NCBI GenBank assembly: GCA_951406725.2
Contig: OX597814.1
Span: forward strand, 10,230,001-10,294,000
DNA from: Octopus vulgaris
Taxonomy: Eukaryota
Reading direction: 5' to 3'
DNA length: 64,000 bases
Every line of letters begins with the position of its first letter. Position 1 is the stretch's first letter. Made by a program: the position numbers and the translations under genes. This document shows positions 56,795 through 64,000 of the stretch, piece by piece. Under the pieces are notes generated by a model that worked only from the letters and a program-made list of their open reading frames with translations, made no database searches and was not told where the DNA came from.

Positions 56795-56880
56795 ATTTTC
56801 CTGAAGAGAAAGCTGCAAAATGGACTCCTTATTCAATCCGAATTAGGGACTTTGCAGCCTTTGAAACATATGTAGAAAAT
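56795..56880 (+). ncRNA. Type-I hammerhead ribozyme, apparently intact
   Basis: Stem I attttc/gaaaat (6/6); core CTGAAGA; stem II gaaagctgcaaa/tttgcagccttt with an inner hairpin; GAAA; palindromic stem III catatg; GUA triplet with predicted cleavage after 56874. Confidence 0.85.
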
Positions 56881-58499
56881 AATAAAAAGGAATTTTGTTA
56901 AATCTTCGTTCAGCTCCATTTCTTCCTACACTAAATATATATATATATATACTGGTTATATCCTTTAAAGTATGATTTCGTGATGTGCAAATGGATACCT
57001 TGAGTTTACTTTCAGATCTACTCAATATGTTATTTTTTTGTATTATTTGAAATAGAATACCTGCATATCTATCAATCCCCGCAAAACTGATATATATATA
57101 TATATAGTTATGATTGTTTTCATGTTCAGTTACAATCGGAACCAGTTTACATTAATATCATGGGTTACTCTATGCTTTTGTAGAAATTTATTATTCAAAA
57201 ACAAGAATGTTTTGGGATTCAGGTATGTGATGTTGATAAGCCACAAAAATGGCGAAATATCTGTATATGTATATACGCAAGCATTTTTCATCTGGATTTA
57301 CTGCAATGTTATGATGCGTTACAGTTTAACTACCTATTATTAATTGACTTGTTATTAATTGAACTCTTAACTGCGGTGGATATATATTTGATGTTATTTT
57401 TATATCATTACTTTTAATATCGATAAAAGACACGAAATTGCGTAATTACTCTCTGGTCGAGAACTGATGAGGAATTATATAGTCAATATAGAAAGTCATG
57501 CCGGTTTCGTCTTCGCTGTTCACTGACTTTGAACCCGAAACCATGTGGTTGGTAAGCAAGCTACTTGCCACACAACCACTTCTACGCCTAGGTATTAGAA
57601 AGGTGTGTATTTTCTGTATTTTCTATTATTTGTTACAGTCATGAGCAGATTAAGAAGATAAAAAACTAACAACACCTTCACTACGTGTCACACACGACTC
57701 AGTCTATTTTTAATCTTTCTCTTTAACTGTTTGTCTGTATGTATGTCTGTGTGCCTATATTTATATACGTGCGTGTGAATGTATGTACGTACGTACTTAT
57801 GTAGGTGCGTATGTACGTATAAATATATGTATAAATGTATGTTTGTACGTACGAATGTATGTATGCATCTATGTATGTACGTATATATGTATGTATGAAT
57901 GTATGTATGTATGTATGTATATATATGTATGCATGTATGTATATGTACGTACGCAAGAATGTATATATGAGTGCATGTGTGTGTGTGTATGTGTGTATGT
58001 GTGTGTGTATGTATGTATGTGTGTGTATGTATGTATGTATGTATGTATGTATGCATGCATGTACGTATGCATATATGTATGCTTGCATGTATGTATGTAT
58101 GTGTGTATGTATGTATGTATGTATGTATGTATGTATGTATGTATGTATGTCATTGTACCAGTCCTCCTGTGATTGCGTTTGGCTCGAACGGGTGGAGTTT
58201 CAAATTAATTGACTGTTTCAAGATTATTTTTTTCGAAAAATTCCTTTGCTGTTGTTTCATTGTCTGATGTGTGTTGTGTTGTCTAGATTTTGCTTGTGTG
58301 TGTGTGATTGTGTGTATGTGTGTGTGCGTGTGTAATTGTGTATGTGTGGCCATGTATTCTACTTGGTAATTTCCTGATGATGATGATCATCATCATCATT
58401 GTCGATACTAATTTCACGGACACCGACATTGCAGCTCCTCCAATTCCACCACAAACATACCACGTACCACCGTCAAGAAGAATCTTGCAATAGTCACAT

Positions 58500-58846
<347 letters not shown>

Positions 58847-59650
58847 AATCAATTTATCAATGAAATAATATGCAAATCTCAGTCATCATAGCTGCATTAC
58901 ATCATCATTACAATTCTTCATCTACACCTCTTCATTCTCTTCCTTGGAGTTATCCTTCTCATCGACGTCATCATCATTGTCATCATCGTCGTCATCGTCA
59001 TCATCATCATCATCATCATCATAAGCAATGTGCTTTTTGTTGCCACCGTCGTGCTTATCAAGACTATGGAGAGTTTCTGAAAAAATTTCGTTATCTTCCT
59101 TTTTACGGTCACGTGATGTGACCTTGAGCAAGACTCTACATTACGCATTGCTGCAGTTTGCATAGTTGTAACGGGTAGTCACATTGTACTCACTCTTCCA
59201 GTTAGTCCGCCTTCCATGTATTAGATCCAGGATGCTTTCTTAAGTCAAGCGCTTGTAGGCGAAGGAGCAGTCATGTCGGTTCACGACTAAGAGACACATA
59301 AGAAAACACTTATTGAAAGCTAATTTCTTTAGACTATTTTTTTCCCACGTTCAGTGTGGTGAGCAGCTGCAGATGTACTTTGTTTTATAGGTTTTATTAT
59401 ATAACTACAGGAAATCACTACATGAGGCTCACCACTGGAAAGGCGGTGAAATCCATAATAATGCTCTCTTTCTTTACTTTATCAGATATCAAGGTTTCTC
59501 CTCACTATACGCGTCTCTTTTATATTTAATTTAATTAAATTTTAGTTTAATCACATGTGTTTGTTTATAACTCCCACGCACACACACACATACACACACA
59601 CACGTACAAACACAGCCCAACATGTGTTAACTGTGCCCAGATCAACTGCT

Positions 59651-59746
59651 TAAAATTTTATCTGATGATCGTGGTTTGTATATTATGATGTGAACATTTA
59701 CGGCTACATTAAATATAATTTTACCGAAACAGCTCTTAAAATTTTA
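59651..59746 (+). ncRNA. Decayed hammerhead-like motif
   Basis: aaaattttat-CTGATGA-(long AT-rich stem II)-cc-GAAA-cagctc-tt-aaaatttt; the cleavage site and stem III are damaged. Confidence 0.45.
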
Positions 59747-59785
59747 AACGCCATTCGTGTTTACTCTTTTATACTTACGTCACGC

Positions 59786-59872
59786 CAAGGATGCACTGGT
59801 GAGTCGGATGGATAGTTACAAAATGGATTTGGTACTTTGTAACTATCGATCCGATTCACCAGCGGATCCTTG
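59786..59872. ncRNA. Near-perfect ~87-nt hairpin (pre-miRNA-like or tiny fold-back)
   Basis: CTGGTGAGTCGGATGGATAGTTACAAA pairs with TTTGTAACTATCGATCCGATTCACCAG (1 mismatch, 1 G-U) around a 13-nt loop, with basal CAAGGAT/ATCCTTG. Confidence 0.5.
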
Positions 59873-60264
59873 TGGATTAGGAAACCTGCATATCTATGGT
59901 ATTCTGACAGCTTAATGTCTACAATGTTGTTTATTTCACCCTTAGCTATATGTGTTTCTACCTAACCATTTTCTGGCGTCTTACATCTTAATGGGCCTTG
60001 GGCTTTAAAGGATCTTCATAACTAATTTAGAAACATATGTGTGTGTATATATGTGTATATGTGTATATATATTATATGTACGTGTGTGTGTTTGTGTCAG
60101 TGTGTGTGCACGTATGTATGTTTATATACATATATATGTATGTGTGTGTGTGTGTGTATTGATATACACACACAGATATATATATATATATATATATATA
60201 TGTTTGTATATATTTGTATATATGTGTGTGTATATACATATACATATATGTATATATATATATA

Positions 60265-60440
60265 GGCGCAGGAGTGACTGTGTGGTAAGAAGCTTGCTTA
60301 CCAACCACGTGGTACCAGGCTCAGTCCCACTGCGTAGCACCTTGGGCAAGTGTCTTCAACTATAACCTCGTGCCGACCAAAGCTTTGTGAGTGGATTTGG
60401 TAGACGGAACCTGAAAGAAGCCTGTCGTATATATGTATAT
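60265..60440 (+). mobile_element. SINE family A, 5' half
   Basis: Truncated at its central microsatellite by the next element. Confidence 0.85.
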
Positions 60441-60787
60441 CGGAGTTATCTCAGTTACCTGAGTTACCTTCTCCTAGAAGGATGCCCTAACAAAGGCTAG
60501 GAGTCCTTCACTCCCAATGGTTTAACGGCGTGATCGGGTATTCAGTTCGATTATTTCTATGTCCCCGCGCATGAGACAGCCTTAAGACCTTTATTGGATG
60601 GCCGTTGACTCTCAAGTGTTCCTCCGCCCTTTGACGGGTTTTGTTTTTCATCCCGCAGGGTGTCCAATAAACACCCTCCTCACCAGGCAAGCTTGGTGGG
60701 GTTGCGGGTTTAGTCGCCGACGACCCGACCATGCAACAGGTTATACTGGGTTACATGTTACTAGTAGCACTCGAAAGTGACCTGATA
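60441..60787 (-). mobile_element. RTE-like LINE 5' UTR fragment, hairpin-rich
   Basis: Minus strand contains CTAGGAGAAGGTAACTC, a motif I recall from RTE 5' UTRs, plus several GC-rich stem-loops; abuts (TACA)n. Confidence 0.5.
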
Positions 60788-60953
60788 TACATACATACAT
60801 ACATACATACATACATACATACATACATACATACATACATACATACATACATACATACATACATACATACATACATACATACATACATACATACATACAT
60901 ACATACATTTGTATATATATATATAATTTTTTTCTTTTTGTTTTTCTTCACAG

Positions 60954-61396
60954 ATGAACAATTCTTCTTCGATAAACACAGATTCCTACCTGCGATTTCA
61001 AATGCCTGGTCATTCTGGAGGCCGTTAAGCTCACCCCTCATGTCGGCAGCAGCGGCAGCAGTAGCAGCGGCAGCAGCAGCAGCAACAGCAACAGCAGCAG
61101 CATCGACTTCATCACCTCCCGACGGAGATCGATCTATCTACTCAATCTATAGTGGATTTTATGGTTTAGCACACACGGCAGCAGCAACGGCGGCAGCAGT
61201 TCAATCGTCATCAGTAGCGTTGACCAATCCCACTTCTGCTCAGAACCACATGGTATCCGCATTGGCCGCTTCTTCATCAAACGCATCTCAAACAACTGCA
61301 GGATTGTGCACCCCAGTTGCTAGCAGCCTTTATCACTATCCAAGCCTATTCCGCTATCACCCTTACGTTACAACAAAACGAAAATCTACATCGTAG
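60954..61396 (+). CDS. Tbx20: Terminal coding exon of the Tbx20-like gene (Ala/Ser-rich C-terminus)
   Basis: Strong polypyrimidine tract plus TTCACAG| acceptor; phase 1; (D)EQFFFDKHRFLPAISNAWSFWRPLSSPLMS-polyAla...YHYPSLFRYHPYVTTKRKSTS*. RYHPY recalls TBX20 PRYHHY and fits the PY-NLS consensus. Linkage to the 19285 exon is inferred from strand, phase and exon order. Confidence 0.75.
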
Positions 61397-62049
61397 TAAT
61401 TGTGGCAGTAACAGACAAGAATGAAGTAAAACCGGCTAAGATGAACCACCGACGTTAGACTTACGTAACGACAGTCAACAATCTGAACTGATATTTCGTT
61501 CAAGGAATGCTAATGCTTTTCAATACTAGCACTATTACTCTCACCATTAAATTCACACATTCACACGTACCCATGGTCACATTCACACTCACTAAACAAC
61601 AATCATTCATTTCTGTTTTTCTAATACTATTTACTGTAAATACAATTAATAGAATTCGAAATGACTGCGAATAGCCTACCTAGTTGCCTACATATCTATC
61701 TGTCTGACTATCAATGTCTACCGCTCTATCTCTATCTATCTCTACTTACATCTCTACTTATATGCGATGGCGAACCATTAATTATCCGCAATGCACTAAT
61801 CATTTTTTTCTTTCTTATTGGTGTGATTATTAGTTGTGTATGTGTCACAAGACAAGCTCCCTCTCGAGTCATTACGGTGCAGGTTTGATCTTCGAACGTC
61901 AATTAAGCTGTTAGTGCGTTAATCATGACTGTTTTGCCTTCTATTTACTCCAAATAAAGTACCAGTTTCGCACTGGGGTCGATGTAATCGACTTAATCCC
62001 TTTCTCTGTCCTTGTTTAGCCCCTTGAGGGCAGTAAAGAAATATATTTA

Positions 62050-62245
62050 CTCCAAGAGGAGCAGTTCTCTGTGAACTGCTTTCTCTGAATCGAAGTCACA
62101 TCAGGGGCTGAAATTCATCGACGGGTTTCAGCATAGTATGGACGTAGGGCTTTACTAATACGAACTGTCTAGGAATAGACTGAAAAAATTAGAAATAGTT
62201 GCACTAGTGTTACTTATCAAGATGGGACTGTTCGTCTAGACAGGT
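62050..62245 (+). mobile_element. Mariner transposase N-terminal relic
   Basis: EEQFSVNCFL*IEVTSGAEIHRRVSA*YGRRALLIRTV*E*TEKIRNSCTSVT resembles EQRxVIxFL...AEIHRRL..xYG..AL...VYEWxxxF..GRTS. Confidence 0.75.
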
Positions 62246-62679
62246 CCTCTGCAGAAAACAACTTCGAGCGAATTCTTGACATGGCACTTTTGAACACGTA
62301 GATAGCTGTTTTATGAAATATCAAATAATATGCAAAATATGTTTGTGCCTATAAAATCAACCCCGACAAATTTTACAAAAGCTTGTCCCAAAACTATTCT
62401 CAGAATTGCATGAATGCATTCGTTTTGAAATCTGCCACTGACTTTTGGATCGCTGTGGTAGCGTTTAGTAATACATTTATGGAAACACTATTCACTTCAG
62501 GCTGGTGCATATATACTAGTTTGGGAAACGGAAACGTCTTTAAATACCTGTCGAATACCTGTCTTTAAATAACTGTTATCTCATCCAGCAAGAGGGAAAA
62601 TTATTTTGCCAGTTTTTTTTTTGTTTTTTTTCACTTATTTACTTGGATGGACCTGTCCGAGAGTAATATCCCTTCTGCT

Positions 62680-62881
62680 ATATGCACAAGCACTGAAATT
62701 TTTGAGGAGGTGATTAGTCAGTTATATCGACCCCAGTGTTTAACTGGTACTTAATTTATCGACCTTGAGAGAATGAAAAGAAAAATCGAACTTGGCGGAA
62801 TTTGAACTCAGAACGTAGAGACGGACGAAATGCCGTTAAGCATTTTGCCCGGCACGCTAATGATTCTGCCAGCTCACCGCC
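62680..62881 (-). mobile_element. SINE family B
   Basis: Reverse complement of the family B head and body. Confidence 0.85.
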
Positions 62882-63387
62882 ATAGCCCGAGAGTTATATC
62901 AGGAGAAAGGCTAAACAGTAAACACACTTGTTAAAGCGAAATCCTGCATAACAAGCTAAGGACAGATAGTAGAAAGAAATTCCAAAGCTATTCTCAAAAG
63001 GCATTGTGCTTAGTTTCTAAGTTAGCCTTCTACTCAGTATCCTGAAATTCTCACATTTGTAAACACTGTTGAAATCCTTCCGCAGGAACAATGATTTGAA
63101 GTATTAGTATTAGGAAACGCTTTTCGGACACTCATCTGTTCGCTTCACGCCGAGACAAGCTAAGAGGTCATCGAATTACCCAGACTTAGAAGTGTATGTA
63201 CACGTTGCATGTACACGCCTCTTCTCTTCGTCGAAAAGTTTTTATTATGATAGCAGGAGAGATGACAGGAAGGCTCTATATCTTTCCTGTTCATGATACT
63301 AAGATGTTCTTACATCCGGCAATTAGAGAGAGTATTCTCCACCACGCTACTAGCAGCTTAGCGGCAAATACACGAAGTATAATAGTT

Positions 63388-63562
63388 AATTGCAGCATGG
63401 AAGGTGTTTATAAGCCATTAAAAAACACACAAAAACCGTTAGATTCACTTCAACATTTAAATGTAATTTGCCAAAATATTTTCGTCGCTTCGAGACCGCA
63501 ACCCGATCACTGACAATTTTTGTGTTTTTAAATGGCTTATAAACACCTTCCACGCTGCAATT
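63388..63562 (-). mobile_element. Short fold-back element (~50-bp inverted arms) containing a G3-C8 hammerhead variant at 63468-63516
   Basis: Arms AATTGCAGCRTGGAAGGTGTTTATAAGCCATT; minus motif ttgtca-GTGATCG-g-gttgc-ggtctcgaa-gcgac-GAAA-atat-TT-tggcaa. Confidence 0.7.
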
Positions 63563-63577
63563 CTTATTGTGTGTGTG

Positions 63578-63628
<51 letters not shown>

Positions 63629-63650
63629 TATACTATACATACATGTATAC

Positions 63651-63750
<100 letters not shown>

Positions 63751-64000
63751 TCAGTGATCATTTCACTATTGCAGGAGTAGATTGTTTTGAGGTTCTGAGT
63801 TCAAACCTACACAGTACTCACTACAGGACGGTGTTAATGAATGCACAACTAACTTTCCTGTGAATGGGAAAAGAGCGCTCACGCCCACATGCAAGCACAC
63901 ACGCACACATTCACTCACACACACATATGCACACGCATGCGTAAACATATATGAAAATAGAGCAACTCTATATCATTTGAAAATTGTAGTTTCTAATTGT

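Noticed and set aside
57420-57515. CTGATGA and GAAA words suggesting a hammerhead
   Set aside because: Stems I-III could not be closed consistently; at best a scrambled relic.
60731-60953. N-terminal part of the 221-aa ORF
   Set aside because: Intronic (TACA)n and polypyrimidine tract; coding starts at the acceptor 60954.

Overview
This is AT-rich, repeat-dense animal DNA. The microsatellites, tRNA-derived SINEs, Helitrons and Tc1/mariner relics suggest a coleoid cephalopod such as Octopus (inference). Nearly all ORFs in the supplied track are microsatellite artefacts. The one host gene I can support is the 3' end of a Tbx20/H15-midline-like T-box gene on the + strand: a 110-nt exon at 19285-19394 (absent from the ORF track) and a terminal exon at 60954-61396, joined across a ~41.6-kb intron. 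The T-box exons lie left of the window. The most striking unannotated signal is about 11 type-I hammerhead ribozyme motifs in short non-coding, Penelope-pLTR-like or retrozyme-like inserts, mostly in (AT)n tracts. Two look intact and are sense-oriented in the Tbx20 introns (17533-17593, 56795-56880). Across copies the core 3-8 pair covaries (C-G, U-A, G-C), and several inserts sit within inverted duplications. Other features include RLE-type LINE relics embedded in microsatellites, a 9-kb graded TACA/TAATACATACA satellite, a pre-miRNA-like intronic hairpin and long fold-backs. Everything was read by eye and no searches or folding programs were run, so repeat boundaries are approximate.
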